A DNA stretch of 47,725 nt, taken from a virus. Shown here piece after piece: positions 16,972 through 27,084 of the stretch. The notes below the pieces were generated by a model. The model saw only the letters and a list, made by a program, of their open reading frames with translations, ran no database searches and was not told where the DNA came from. Position numbers and translations under genes: made by a program. The stretch's first letter is position 1. The number at the start of each line of letters is the position of its first letter. The stretch is taken from positions 1 to 47,725 of the IMG/VR virus record IMGVR_UViG_3300026986_000001. One strand, 5' to 3'.

Positions 16972-19149
16972 ATGCCTCCGGATGATACGCTCCGACACGA
17001 CAGAGAGGACGGCAGTAGCGTCCTCGTCGCACCGTTCGACGACAAACAAGCGGCGCAGAACATCGCCCAGCAACTCCGGAACGCCGGCTCCACGCCCGCG
17101 CCGTCCTCAAACGGGAGTGACGGCGGCGGCCCGGCCGGGCGTGCAACCAGCCGGAAAGCGAAGTTCGGTATCAGCCTGCTGCGGACCATCGGCCTCCAGA
17201 GTCACGAGATAGGCAACGACGTCCGGAAGCGCCGCGACGAACTCTACCGGAACGATTTCCCCGTCCTCAAGCCGCGATTCACCGTCAAGTGCGAGGACTG
17301 CGGGACCGAACTCCAAGAGGACCCCGAAGAGTGCCCGTCCTGTGGGGGAGCCAACCTCCGGAAGCCGGACCCGGAGCAGCGCCGGGAGGCCGAGGAGCTC
17401 TTCGAGTCGGTCAACCGCGAGGGGCAGAGTCTCCGCGACCTCGCAAAGTATTGTGAGCCCGACCAGTGGCTCGCCGGCGTCTCCTGCATCGTCATCCAGT
17501 ACGAGTACCACATTGCCCGAGATTCCGGCATCTACCGGGACGGCGAGGTCATCTCGAAGGAGCCACAGGAGCTGGTGTACGGCGACCCGGCGACCATCAA
17601 ACCGGTCGTTGATGAAGACGGCCGCGCTGGCGGCTACTGGTACACGTGCCCAATCCACCGGGAGAGCCCCGATAGAGAGCCGGGGTACTGCGAGTCATGT
17701 GGCGCGGAACTCCAAGAGATCTACTTCGTTGACCAGTCGAAGGAAGACGATGCGTACTACTTCCGCGACGAGGTCGTCACGTGGGCGTACCCACAGCCGG
17801 AACTGAACGGGCTTGACGGCCTCGCGCCGACGGCCGGCGTGATGCTCCGACAGGTCATCATCGAGATGATGGTTCGGTACGGCGCCGCGTTCTACGATCA
17901 GAACTCGGACCGCCTCCCGAACCAGTTCATGATCCTCCACACGACGAACCCGGACCACTGGGAGGACCAACTCACGAAGATACGGCAGGAGGACGACGCG
18001 TACGACTCGCCGATCCTCTCGAACGAGTACAGCCCACGGGACTCCTCGGTGCCGGAGGTGCAGGTGGTCGACGCGATGCCCGACGAGATGCTCGGGCAGT
18101 CTCGTGACGTCAAGCAGGACTACAAGGAGGACATCCGGCAGGCGACGGGCGTCTCGAACGTCCACGACTCCGACCTGAAGGACGCCGGCGGCCTGAACAA
18201 CGAAGGCCTCCAGCTGGAAGTGACGGACCGCTCGATTGCGAGCCAGCAGAAAGACTACCGCGAGGGCTGGCTCGACACGCTGTGTAAGCGCCTCGGCATC
18301 ACCGACTGGCAAGTCTCGTTCATCCCCGCCCGCAACGACGAACAGGATGCCCTCAACCGGCAGCGCGAGATTCGCGCCGGCCAGCTCGCCGCTGAAGCCA
18401 GTCTCGACGCGCGCTGGGAGGACGGCGAGCTCGTCATCGAAGACGGCGAGTTTGAGGCACCGGAACGCGGCGCACCAAAGCAGCCCGGTGACACCGGTAG
18501 TGGACAGCCGTCCGGCAACGCTGGCGGTGGTATCGAATCAGCCGCCAGCACGCTCGGTGACGTCTTCGAGCATTTCGTCTGGGCCGACGACAGCGACATC
18601 GAGCAGGCGGCGAAGCCGTTCTGGAGCCGCGACGAGGACGTCCCCGAGGACGTCAAGCGTCACGTCCGAACAGCCATCGCACGCACGGATCTGACGATGG
18701 CCGACGACGTCTCGGCCAGCACGCTCCAGCCGTTCTTCCGCGAGAACCTCCTCGACTCACGGGGATGGAGTCTCCGGTCGCTGACCGACGACCTCGTCGA
18801 CCGCGAGAGTCTCGACCGAGACTACGCTCGGACCGTCGTCCGATCGGGCGTGGCGCGTATCCTGAACCACGCGAAGTTCCAAGCCTACGCGGAGCTGGAG
18901 GGCGACGCCGACCAAGACATCCTCTACTACTGGCGTGGCCCGGATGATGGCGATACGAGTCCCGGATGCCAGCAACTCAAGGAGATGACGAACCCCGACT
19001 ACGGCGGCACGCCGCGGCCGCTCGGCGAGTTCCGCAGCCTCCAGCGGGACATCCACGACGAACACTTCGCCGGCCTTGAGTTCGACGACTCGGCGCTCCA
19101 TCCGAGCGAGCGCCACACCATCGAGGCCATCCCCGCCAGCGCCCTCTAA
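16972..19149 (+). CDS. portal protein (with zinc-ribbon insertions)
   Basis: 725-aa ORF directly after TerL. The size and position fit a portal protein. Contains CEDCG...CPSCG and CESCG. Confidence 0.7.
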   Translation: MPPDDTLRHDREDGSSVLVAPFDDKQAAQNIAQQLRNAGSTPAPSSNGSDGGGPAGRATSRKAKFGISLLRTIGLQSHEIGNDVRKRRDELYRNDFPVLKPRFTVKCEDCGTELQEDPEECPSCGGANLRKPDPEQRREAEELFESVNREGQSLRDLAKYCEPDQWLAGVSCIVIQYEYHIARDSGIYRDGEVISKEPQELVYGDPATIKPVVDEDGRAGGYWYTCPIHRESPDREPGYCESCGAELQEIYFVDQSKEDDAYYFRDEVVTWAYPQPELNGLDGLAPTAGVMLRQVIIEMMVRYGAAFYDQNSDRLPNQFMILHTTNPDHWEDQLTKIRQEDDAYDSPILSNEYSPRDSSVPEVQVVDAMPDEMLGQSRDVKQDYKEDIRQATGVSNVHDSDLKDAGGLNNEGLQLEVTDRSIASQQKDYREGWLDTLCKRLGITDWQVSFIPARNDEQDALNRQREIRAGQLAAEASLDARWEDGELVIEDGEFEAPERGAPKQPGDTGSGQPSGNAGGGIESAASTLGDVFEHFVWADDSDIEQAAKPFWSRDEDVPEDVKRHVRTAIARTDLTMADDVSASTLQPFFRENLLDSRGWSLRSLTDDLVDRESLDRDYARTVVRSGVARILNHAKFQAYAELEGDADQDILYYWRGPDDGDTSPGCQQLKEMTNPDYGGTPRPLGEFRSLQRDIHDEHFAGLEFDDSALHPSERHTIEAIPASAL

Positions 19150-19164
19150 GGCAGTCCAGAACCC

Positions 19165-19464
19165 ATGTTCCGACACGCACACGCGAACGACGAAGGCATC
19201 GACTCGACCAGCGTACTCGTCGCCCAAGAAGTCGCCGGCGCGACCGAGCACACCATCAACATCAACGCGTCCGTCGCCAGCGACTTCGCACTGGACGTGA
19301 ACTTCGGCAACGGCTGGGTCAACGGCTGGAAGACGTACTCGTCCACCGACGCAGTCCAGAAGAACGTGACCGTCGTGGCCGAACAGATTCGGGTTCGGAA
19401 CACGACTGCCCAAGCCGCGGGTGACACCGCGAGCGTGGACCTCGCGTCCGCGGGAGGGGCCTAA
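19165..19464 (+). CDS. small head-module protein (99 aa)
   Basis: ORF between the portal and protease-like genes. Function unknown. Confidence 0.6.
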   Translation: MFRHAHANDEGIDSTSVLVAQEVAGATEHTININASVASDFALDVNFGNGWVNGWKTYSSTDAVQKNVTVVAEQIRVRNTTAQAAGDTASVDLASAGGA

Positions 19465-19467
19465 CGC

Positions 19468-21513
19468 ATGTCGGCTTCTCCGTCCGCCGGTGACTTCGAC
19501 GTGGACGTCTTCCGCGTCCTCGCACCCGAGGATGCCGACGTGGACTACAACGGCCAGCTCCTCGGCGTCGGCGTGGACATGCCCGAGTCCGAGGTGTACG
19601 TTGACTGGCGGCGTGAGGCGTTCCCCGACGAACTCGACGACGCGCACGTCTCCATCTACGGGAGCGTCGAGGACCTCCAGAAGGCGACCGGTAACGATGT
19701 CGAGTACATCGACAGCGAGGACGTCGCCACTGAGGACCTCGTCGCTGCGAGCCAGCAGGCCGACCCGATGACGAACGGCCACGACCTCGACCCCGAGACC
19801 GGCGAGGGGACGTGTGCGTCCACGGGCAAGGAGATCACCGCGGAGACGATGGGCGACCTCACCGAGGACTGCCCACACTGCGGGGACCCTCTCTCCGTGT
19901 TCGGGGACGACGCCAGCCAGCAGACGACCGGCGGCACGGAGCAGGAACTGGCGACCGTGGACGCGGTGGCGCTGGCGTATCCCCCGGGCGGGCAGCTGTA
20001 CGACGGCGACGGATGGGAGACGTTCCTCAACGACCTCTCCGAGCACGGCGACGTCTTCCAGCTGTGGAAGGGCGTGCAGACCCACCCGGAGGACGACCTC
20101 GAAAACCACGACCACACGACCTACGTGGCGCTGGAGGCCGACGCTGATGTCACCGAAATCGAGGCCGTGCTGGCCGACCACCCGGACGCCCGACTCAGCA
20201 TCAACGCGGGAACGGTCGGGCCGATGGACGCGCCGGACGACTGGAGTGCGGAGACCAGCGACTACACGCACGGCGTGGCCGACGCCGGCGACGCCAGCGA
20301 ACAGGCGGCGGTTGACGAGGTCCCGGCGATGCAGTCGGACTGGAGCGTCCGCGAACTGGACGCCATCGCCACCGAGATGGACGTCCTCTCTCGCGCCGAG
20401 CCCGAGCCCGGCCGCGTCATCTGGCGGTCCGCCGACCAAGCAATCTCGTACTTCGCCGACATCCCCGAGAAGTACACCGAGCACATCGGCCGAGACGCGT
20501 TCGTCCCGCCCGAACCCGTTGCCGAGGTCGCACAAGAAGCGCTCGACGGCCGCGACGAGACGGCCTCGGCGGAGCCGGTGCGGCGCGCGCGCCAACTCGT
20601 CGAAGCGCGCGCTGACGACCGGCCACTCCCGCCGGAGTACGTCGTCGAGATTCAGGCGTTCCACGAGGCCGCCGACGAAGAGGTCAGCGTCGAGTGCTGG
20701 GGCGGGGAAGCCGCTGCGGAGTGGACGGCCAGCCTCGTCGAGGCGATGGGGACTGTCGACGAAGCGACCAGCCAGCCGGCAGGCGGCGAGGCGAGTGTCG
20801 CGGCAGACGGACCTGCGGCGCCCGTTGCGCAGGCCGCGGTCGCAGCTGACGCTGGCCCGTCGGCGATGCTGGACGCCATCACGAAAGCCGGCAGTAACGA
20901 ACTCGACGTTGAGTCGCTCCCCGAAGAGTACCAGCAGGCGCTGGAGGCCGACGACTTCTTCGTGTACGGGAAGGCCAGCATCGAGCAGTACGACCGAACG
21001 GACGACCCAATCAAGATCGAGATGCAGGCGCTTGAAGACGCCCTCGACCGCTTCTTCGAGTCCGAGAGCGCGCCCGGTATCATCTCGCTGTACCACGATG
21101 ACATCCCCGTCGGCGTGCCCGTCCGCGAGCACGAGCTCGATGAGGCAACGACGGTTCAACTTGAGTCCCCGGATGGCGAACCGGAGGTCTACGAGTTCGA
21201 CGCCGGGGACAAACTGACGACACACGTTGAGGACGGCGACGGCGATGGACGCCCGGAGCTGTGGCTGCTGTCGAACCTTGCCAACGACTCCGAGATGGCG
21301 AAGCAGACCCGACTCCGCGCCCTGCAGGGCGACCTCAACGGATACTCCGTGACCATCCATCGGAACGACGACGACGAGACGGACACGGGCACGCTCGTGA
21401 AAAAGGTCGACCTGCACGCGGTGACGCTCGGCGAGGGCGAAATCGTGAAGAACGCCGGCAGCACGTTCGGCGTCGCCGAGTACCAAGCGTTCCCGCAGCG
21501 ACGAACGACGTAG
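19468..21513 (+). CDS. head morphogenesis protein with a putative prohead-protease C-terminal domain
   Basis: Position between portal and scaffold. The C-terminal roughly 200 aa (FFVYGKASIEQYD...ISLYHDDIPVG...VDLHAVTLGEGEIVKNAGS) resembles the HK97/XkdF-type protease layout. This was recognised by eye only. Confidence 0.45.
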   Translation: MSASPSAGDFDVDVFRVLAPEDADVDYNGQLLGVGVDMPESEVYVDWRREAFPDELDDAHVSIYGSVEDLQKATGNDVEYIDSEDVATEDLVAASQQADPMTNGHDLDPETGEGTCASTGKEITAETMGDLTEDCPHCGDPLSVFGDDASQQTTGGTEQELATVDAVALAYPPGGQLYDGDGWETFLNDLSEHGDVFQLWKGVQTHPEDDLENHDHTTYVALEADADVTEIEAVLADHPDARLSINAGTVGPMDAPDDWSAETSDYTHGVADAGDASEQAAVDEVPAMQSDWSVRELDAIATEMDVLSRAEPEPGRVIWRSADQAISYFADIPEKYTEHIGRDAFVPPEPVAEVAQEALDGRDETASAEPVRRARQLVEARADDRPLPPEYVVEIQAFHEAADEEVSVECWGGEAAAEWTASLVEAMGTVDEATSQPAGGEASVAADGPAAPVAQAAVAADAGPSAMLDAITKAGSNELDVESLPEEYQQALEADDFFVYGKASIEQYDRTDDPIKIEMQALEDALDRFFESESAPGIISLYHDDIPVGVPVREHELDEATTVQLESPDGEPEVYEFDAGDKLTTHVEDGDGDGRPELWLLSNLANDSEMAKQTRLRALQGDLNGYSVTIHRNDDDETDTGTLVKKVDLHAVTLGEGEIVKNAGSTFGVAEYQAFPQRRTT

Positions 21514-21633
21514 TCCCGTATCGGCTTGGCCGGTGGAGTTGGGTGGCCGTCCAAGCAGCACGAACCCGGGCTGATGACGCCCCCAATAGTGGACGAGGCC
21601 TTGGTTCACACACCCATCGACTTCTCTCCGACT

Positions 21634-22260
21634 ATGAGTGACAACGAGAACTCCGACAAGACGCTCCGTGAGCGCATCCGCTCAAATCTCTCCCTCCAGA
21701 GTGACGACGCCACCGACGAGGGCGAGGACGCGGATGCCGAGACGGAGCAAGAGGCGGACAGCGAGGAAACCAATCCGGACGACGAAACCGAACAGGAAGC
21801 CGACGAAGACGCCGGCAGCGAAGACAGCGATGCGACCGAGCAGGAGGCCGGTGATGTCGTCGACCTTCTCGTCTCGAACACGGACATGGACGAGGAGGAA
21901 GCGATGGCGCTCGCCGAGAAGCTCGGCGACGCTGGCAGCGACAGCGGCGAAGACGACGAGGACGGCGGCGAGACCGCTGACGCAGAGGGCGAACTCTCCG
22001 CCGAAGCAGCAGCCGACGTCGCAGATGCGGCAGCCGACGCCGTCGACCAAGAGCTCGACGAACGGCTCGACGGCGTCGTGACCGAGGAGGACCTCAAGGA
22101 ACACATGGAGTCCTTCGCGGACACCGTCGGCGAGGAGATGGCGTCTACTGTCGAGCAGGCGCTGGCCGGAGACACCCCCACTCCGGGCAGCGACAGCGGC
22201 ACGGACATCACGAAGGAAGACCTCGTCGGCGGTCTCGCCGGCGGCAACGGGGGCGACTAA
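21634..22260 (+). CDS. scaffolding protein (extremely acidic, 208 aa)
   Basis: ATG at 21634 (MSDNENSDK...). Low-complexity D/E/A-rich helical sequence immediately upstream of the capsid gene. Confidence 0.65.
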   Translation: MSDNENSDKTLRERIRSNLSLQSDDATDEGEDADAETEQEADSEETNPDDETEQEADEDAGSEDSDATEQEAGDVVDLLVSNTDMDEEEAMALAEKLGDAGSDSGEDDEDGGETADAEGELSAEAAADVADAAADAVDQELDERLDGVVTEEDLKEHMESFADTVGEEMASTVEQALAGDTPTPGSDSGTDITKEDLVGGLAGGNGGD

Positions 22261-22263
22261 CTC

Positions 22264-23514
22264 ATGAGTGCCAACGCTAACCACTTCGTCAGCGGCCGCG
22301 GTCCGAAGGACCTCCTCGAACAGCAGGGGATGCTCGACCGCGCCATCGAAGCGCTCTCCCGAGTCGAACAGCAGGCCAGCTACTCCACGAGCGACGCCGC
22401 GCTCATCAACGACCTCTTCGGCTCCGCACTGTACGTCCAGTCGAACCTCGAAGCGAACGGCTACGGAGTCCTGCCGAAGGTCGACCGCTCCGGCGCGAAC
22501 ATCGAAGCGAGCCAGCCGCTCCCGCTGACGTTCCGCGCCGCCCACAGCCCCCCCGCGCTCCAGTCCACCGGCGAAGGCGCGGCCCTGCCTGACGGCCGGA
22601 AGTACACGCCGGAAGAGGTCTCCGCGGACGTCAAGACCAGCGAGGCGAAGATCGAGCAGTCCCACCTCCAGCAGGTCAAGGCCGACATCCTCGACGGCGT
22701 CTCGTGGGACGAACTCACTCGCGTCGACGAGCTGTTCCAAGAACTCGCCATCGACCGCGACGGCGTGATGGCGTCGGTCTCCGCGAACAATCAGGGGTAC
22801 GCGTCCCGGACGAAGATCACGGAGCTGGACCGCATCATCGCGTCCGGCGGCGAGGAGTCGAACGCGCAGGACACCAGCGACACGGTGTACTCGGACGGCG
22901 ACCTCGACGTCTACGACATCGACCGGTCGGCGGACTCGTGGGCCGACGCGTACGTCGACTTCACGAGCGACGGCTCGGTGCGCCAGCTCACCGAGAGCCT
23001 AATGGACTCGTTCCTCGCGTCGTTCTTCGACTACGGCAGCGCGTCGCGTGAGAACGTCATCATCCTCACGGGCCGGAACACCGCGCGCGTCCTCTCCGAG
23101 CTGCAGTCGGACTCCACGGACGGCGTGCAGGCCGTCGTGAACTACGACGCCGAGGACATCGGCCGCGACCAAGTCGAGGACGCCCAGACCGTGATGGGCG
23201 TGCCGACGATGACCCAGAGCCGGCACTACAAGGGCATCCCCATCGTCCCGAGCCAGCACGCGCCCGCCGACAGCCTCGAACGTATCTACCTCATCCCGAC
23301 GGACACCATCTCCGTCGACGGGGGGCAGGTGCCGCGCATCGCCGTCGAGGAGGTCGCCACGCCGCACTACGAGGAACTCACCGGCGACAACCCGGAGAAC
23401 GCGCCCTACCTCAGTCAGGGCAAGAAGGAGAACGCGGCGTACTACCTCCAGAGCCACGAGGTCGTCGCGCGCGACTTCTCCGCGCTCGGGAAGCTCCGGG
23501 ACATCAGCGAGTAG
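22264..23514 (+). CDS. major capsid protein
   Basis: 416-aa ORF directly after the scaffold gene in the canonical order protease, scaffold, major capsid. Confidence 0.7.
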   Translation: MSANANHFVSGRGPKDLLEQQGMLDRAIEALSRVEQQASYSTSDAALINDLFGSALYVQSNLEANGYGVLPKVDRSGANIEASQPLPLTFRAAHSPPALQSTGEGAALPDGRKYTPEEVSADVKTSEAKIEQSHLQQVKADILDGVSWDELTRVDELFQELAIDRDGVMASVSANNQGYASRTKITELDRIIASGGEESNAQDTSDTVYSDGDLDVYDIDRSADSWADAYVDFTSDGSVRQLTESLMDSFLASFFDYGSASRENVIILTGRNTARVLSELQSDSTDGVQAVVNYDAEDIGRDQVEDAQTVMGVPTMTQSRHYKGIPIVPSQHAPADSLERIYLIPTDTISVDGGQVPRIAVEEVATPHYEELTGDNPENAPYLSQGKKENAAYYLQSHEVVARDFSALGKLRDISE

Positions 23515-23523
23515 CACCACCCC

Positions 23524-23781
23524 ATGACCACGTTCATCATCATCACCACCAACGGCCTCCTCATCGCTGAAGGCAGTCGATGGACGCGGTCGTCTGATGG
23601 CGATGACGTCTACGTCTATCCCGATAGCGACGCGACGGACCCTGTCGCCGAGGTAGATGCAGACGAGTTCATCGGCATCTTCGACCGCGCTGTCGGCGAC
23701 TACGCCTTCGCCGGCGACGACCGCGACCACATCAAGGCGATCCTTGAGGAGTACCGAGTCCGCGAATCGACCAGCGAGTAG
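23524..23781 (+). CDS. small head-module protein (85 aa)
   Basis: Acidic ORF in the same reading frame as the capsid gene, 9 nt after its TAG stop. Confidence 0.65.
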   Translation: MTTFIIITTNGLLIAEGSRWTRSSDGDDVYVYPDSDATDPVAEVDADEFIGIFDRAVGDYAFAGDDRDHIKAILEEYRVRESTSE

Positions 23782-23812
23782 CACCATCACCATCACCATC
23801 ACGACCACGACC

Positions 23813-24607
23813 ATGTTCCACTACGAGGACTTCACGCTCGAACTCGAATCGCAGGACCGCGCAGAAACCGCCATCATTGGCCTCCGGTACACCGGCAACA
23901 AGTCCAGCGTCGCCCCGCGGCAGCCGCGGCAGGAAGGCGGGTGGCCGGGCCGACAGACGTTCCAAGGCGGCGCGCCCGTCGACGTTGACGAGGATACGGG
24001 CCGCGTCGTCGCGCGCGAGCCCGGCCCCATCCAAATCGCCATCAACCCGGACTGGGTCGACTCCGAGACCGTCGACGGCGGCACCCTCGCCGGGCTCGAA
24101 GCTCTCCCGGACTTCGAAGTCATCTACGACGACGCGAAGCTCGCGGAGGCGATGCTGGAGTCGAACTTCCTGCCGCCGACCGTGTTCGGCAGTCCGCCCG
24201 AGCAGACGGGCGGCGAGCGCATCTCTCCGGTCTTCGAGGTTCGGGAGGCGGTGTTCGGCCAGCTCGGACTCGACGACATCGGATCGGGGCCGGGCAGCCA
24301 CGAGGAGTACCGCAGCCAGCTCGCCGACATCGCTGGCATCGACGAAACCAGAACCGACGAGGTGCCGGCGGACAAGCAGCGCGAACAACAGTACATCGAC
24401 GACTACGCCCGCAGCGACCTGAAAGACGCCGCCGAGGTCCTCCGCGAGGACACCGGCGACATCGCGCTGAACTCCAAGAAGCAGGAGTTCGCCGAGTGGC
24501 TCGCCAGCCAGCCCGCGGGCGACGTCCGCGCCGCGCTAAACGGCGAGTACGAGCCCGACGGCGGCGAGGAAACCACCGAAGACGACGGCGATGAGGCGGA
24601 TGAGTAA
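23813..24607 (+). CDS. hypothetical head/connector-module protein (264 aa, MFHYEDFTLE...)
   Basis: ATG at 23813. The upstream part of track ORF 23657..24607 overlaps the previous gene and is Thr/Ser-rich. Confidence 0.7.
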   Translation: MFHYEDFTLELESQDRAETAIIGLRYTGNKSSVAPRQPRQEGGWPGRQTFQGGAPVDVDEDTGRVVAREPGPIQIAINPDWVDSETVDGGTLAGLEALPDFEVIYDDAKLAEAMLESNFLPPTVFGSPPEQTGGERISPVFEVREAVFGQLGLDDIGSGPGSHEEYRSQLADIAGIDETRTDEVPADKQREQQYIDDYARSDLKDAAEVLREDTGDIALNSKKQEFAEWLASQPAGDVRAALNGEYEPDGGEETTEDDGDEADE

Positions 24608-25067
24608 CGACCAGACCTGCCCGTACTGCGGAGAGTCCATCGAGAACTACGGGCCGTCGAACATCGAGTCCGTCCGCATCACCGACGCCCGCGGTCGAAC
24701 TATCCAAAGAGCCGCCCACGTCTTCTGCGCGAACGTCGCGGCCATCGACCCGCCCTACATCGGGTACTGCAGCGAGTGCGGCTCGAAGCACGGCATCGAG
24801 GAAGAGCAGCCGTCCACTCCGCCGACGTGTATGTGCGGCGGCGACGTCCACCCTGTCGAAGCTCTCGACACCGTCAGCGTGACCGTGAACGGCGACAACA
24901 TCGAGTTCCCGACCACAGTCCCGCCGAAGCCCGAATGCCTGCTCGTCGCCGCTGGCTTCGACCCCCGCGAGTACGAGCTCTACCGGACGGACGTCAAGGG
25001 GGCGTGCAGCGAACCGCTCGTCGTTGACGACGGCGACACGTTCACCGCCCACCCCGCGGAGGCCTGA
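24591..25067 (+). CDS. zinc-ribbon protein (158 aa)
   Basis: CPYCG...CSECG...CMCGG. An ATG at 24600 is an alternative start. Confidence 0.7.
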   Translation: MRRMSNDQTCPYCGESIENYGPSNIESVRITDARGRTIQRAAHVFCANVAAIDPPYIGYCSECGSKHGIEEEQPSTPPTCMCGGDVHPVEALDTVSVTVNGDNIEFPTTVPPKPECLLVAAGFDPREYELYRTDVKGACSEPLVVDDGDTFTAHPAEA

Positions 25068-25070
25068 CCC

Positions 25071-26006
25071 ATGCCCGTCCCGTACGCGCATCCCGTCGAC
25101 GTTCTCCGTCGTTTCGACCCGAGTCTCGACGCGGAGGATTTCCAGAGCGGGACCGGCGAGCTGCTCGGCGGTGGCGACCTCAACGACATCTGGGCGCGCC
25201 TCGCCTCCGTCAGTCAGGACTGGGACACCGACACCGGGACTGCGCTCCGCGAGCGCCGCACCGGCAGCCCCGGCGCGCCCCGCACGTACGAGCATCAGGA
25301 CGCCAACCGCTCGCAGGGCTTCCCGCTCCGCGTGGAACTCGACCACGACGACATCGTCCCGCTCGACCCAGCAGAGGACGACGTCTTCGAAATTCGGACG
25401 GGACGCGACAACTGGGAGGACATCACCAGCGAGGAAGGCGACGAGTGGGTGCTGCTCCACGATAGTGGCGACCTGAAAATCTTCGACCTCCTCGTCCGAC
25501 GCGTCTGGTGGGAAGCACCTGACGAACGATACCTGCGCGCGAGCTATCGGTACGGCGCGCTCGGCGGCGACCCGCAACGCGGCGGCCAAACCACGCTCGC
25601 CAGCAGCGCCACGGACACGGCGACGACGCTCTCCGTCGAGGACGCCAGCCGGCTCCCCGGAGAGGGTGGCATCGTCCTCATCACCAGTCCCAGCCCCAAG
25701 GGGATGACTGGCGAGTACGTCGCCGTTACGGGCATCGACCACGGCGCCGACGAGCTGACCGTCAGCCGCGGCCGGCGCCGCACTCCAAAGGAGCCCCACG
25801 ACGAGGGCGACACCGTCCACTACTGCCCGATGGACATCCGGGACGCGGTCGCCGCGCAGGCCGCTGCGGAACTCGTCAAGTCTGACCTCTCCCTGCAGCG
25901 CACAGACTCGGATGACGCTGCCATCAGCCCGTCGCGGAAGCTCGACGACTGGGCGGACGAGTACGAGTCCGCGAAGGCCCAGTATTCGGCTGTCCGGAGG
26001 ATGTAG
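25071..26006 (+). CDS. putative head-tail connector/adaptor protein
   Basis: Called on its position between the capsid and tail genes only. Confidence 0.5.
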   Translation: MPVPYAHPVDVLRRFDPSLDAEDFQSGTGELLGGGDLNDIWARLASVSQDWDTDTGTALRERRTGSPGAPRTYEHQDANRSQGFPLRVELDHDDIVPLDPAEDDVFEIRTGRDNWEDITSEEGDEWVLLHDSGDLKIFDLLVRRVWWEAPDERYLRASYRYGALGGDPQRGGQTTLASSATDTATTLSVEDASRLPGEGGIVLITSPSPKGMTGEYVAVTGIDHGADELTVSRGRRRTPKEPHDEGDTVHYCPMDIRDAVAAQAAAELVKSDLSLQRTDSDDAAISPSRKLDDWADEYESAKAQYSAVRRM

Positions 26007-26480
26007 ATGGCTCGGCTCGACTCCGGCTTCGAGAGGCAGCTTGAGCAAGCTGCCCTCGACCACGCTGAACACGAGCTCGTCGGGAAGCAAGGGAACGTCA
26101 TCCACGCGGCGGTCGAACGCGTTCACGAGCGCCTCCGCGAGTACGGCCGCGAGTTCGACTACAACGTCGAACCCATCATCGACTCTTTCGCCGGCGTCGA
26201 CGTCCAACGGAACGACCGAGGACTGACGATTCGCTTCGGCTGGAGTCACGAAGCGTTCCCGTATCTCGAATATGGGACAAGCAGCCACACGGTCAACGGC
26301 GACCCTGTTCTGTCGTTCGTGTGGGAAGAACGCCACGACCCTCCGGATTGGGTCCGTGAGGAGTACGACCGCGAGGGCGACGGCTACCGCGTGTTCCTCC
26401 CCGAAGTCGAGGTCGCCGGCGTTGAGGAGACGCGGGCAATCCGCGATATGCTCGCGTGGCTCCGGAATAACCTGAGGTAA
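26007..26480 (+). CDS. putative head-tail joining protein
   Basis: Position and size (157 aa). TAGATG junction with the upstream gene. Confidence 0.5.
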   Translation: MARLDSGFERQLEQAALDHAEHELVGKQGNVIHAAVERVHERLREYGREFDYNVEPIIDSFAGVDVQRNDRGLTIRFGWSHEAFPYLEYGTSSHTVNGDPVLSFVWEERHDPPDWVREEYDREGDGYRVFLPEVEVAGVEETRAIRDMLAWLRNNLR

Positions 26481-26486
26481 CCTCTG

Positions 26487-27002
26487 ATGGCAGACCATGC
26501 ACTCGTCGACTGGACGCTCGACACGCTCGCCGCCAACTACACCCCCGAGAACGTCACAACGTCGACGCCCGTCTTCGTCGATGACGGCGACGGCACGACG
26601 TACGAAATCAACGTGTCGGAGGGTACTCGCTCGGAGCTGCAGCGTGGCTTCGAGCCCGATGCTGCACAGACGAACATCGTTACTGTCGACCCGAACCCTG
26701 ACCGGCAGGAATCGGTCGGCGGCACCTACACCTATTTCGATGTGACCGACGCCGTCGGCATCGTCATCGAGGGCGCGCACAAGGGCATCGGCGGCGAGGT
26801 CTCGGACCCTGCCGAGTTCGGGGCTCTGTGGAAGGAAGTGCGGCGTGCGCTCCTTGAAGACCGGCTCTCGTACCCGTCGGTCGGCGGCGTTGACTACGAT
26901 ACAGTCGTGCCGCGGAACACAGGCCGCCCCCCAGAAGACAGCCAGTCGAACTACTTTGCGCTCTCGTTCGACCTCGAGTTCGGCGGCTACGAACACCTGT
27001 AG
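26487..27002 (+). CDS. putative tail completion/terminator protein
   Basis: Position immediately before the major tail gene, 171 aa. Confidence 0.45.
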   Translation: MADHALVDWTLDTLAANYTPENVTTSTPVFVDDGDGTTYEINVSEGTRSELQRGFEPDAAQTNIVTVDPNPDRQESVGGTYTYFDVTDAVGIVIEGAHKGIGGEVSDPAEFGALWKEVRRALLEDRLSYPSVGGVDYDTVVPRNTGRPPEDSQSNYFALSFDLEFGGYEHL

Positions 27003-27084
27003 CGAGAACACCACGAACCATGCTCCTCACAGACACCACGGACATCACAGACGTACCAGACGCCCCAGATGCGGGTGACTTCGC

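Noticed and set aside
18757-21609. 950-aa ORF on the minus strand (and the similar 964-aa ORF at 24120..27014)
   Set aside because: Both are antisense to the well-supported portal/protease and connector genes. Their translations are Arg/Gly/Val/Ala-rich with no acidic bias and no motifs. This is the typical stop-free shadow frame of high-GC DNA.
24591-25067. C-terminal half of the zinc-ribbon protein (VTVNGDNIEF...YELYRTD...VVDDGDTFTAHP), which resembles a beta-grasp/multiubiquitin-type domain
   Set aside because: The resemblance rests only on my memory of a loose pattern, and no E1/E2/JAB partners are present. It cannot be supported without a profile search.
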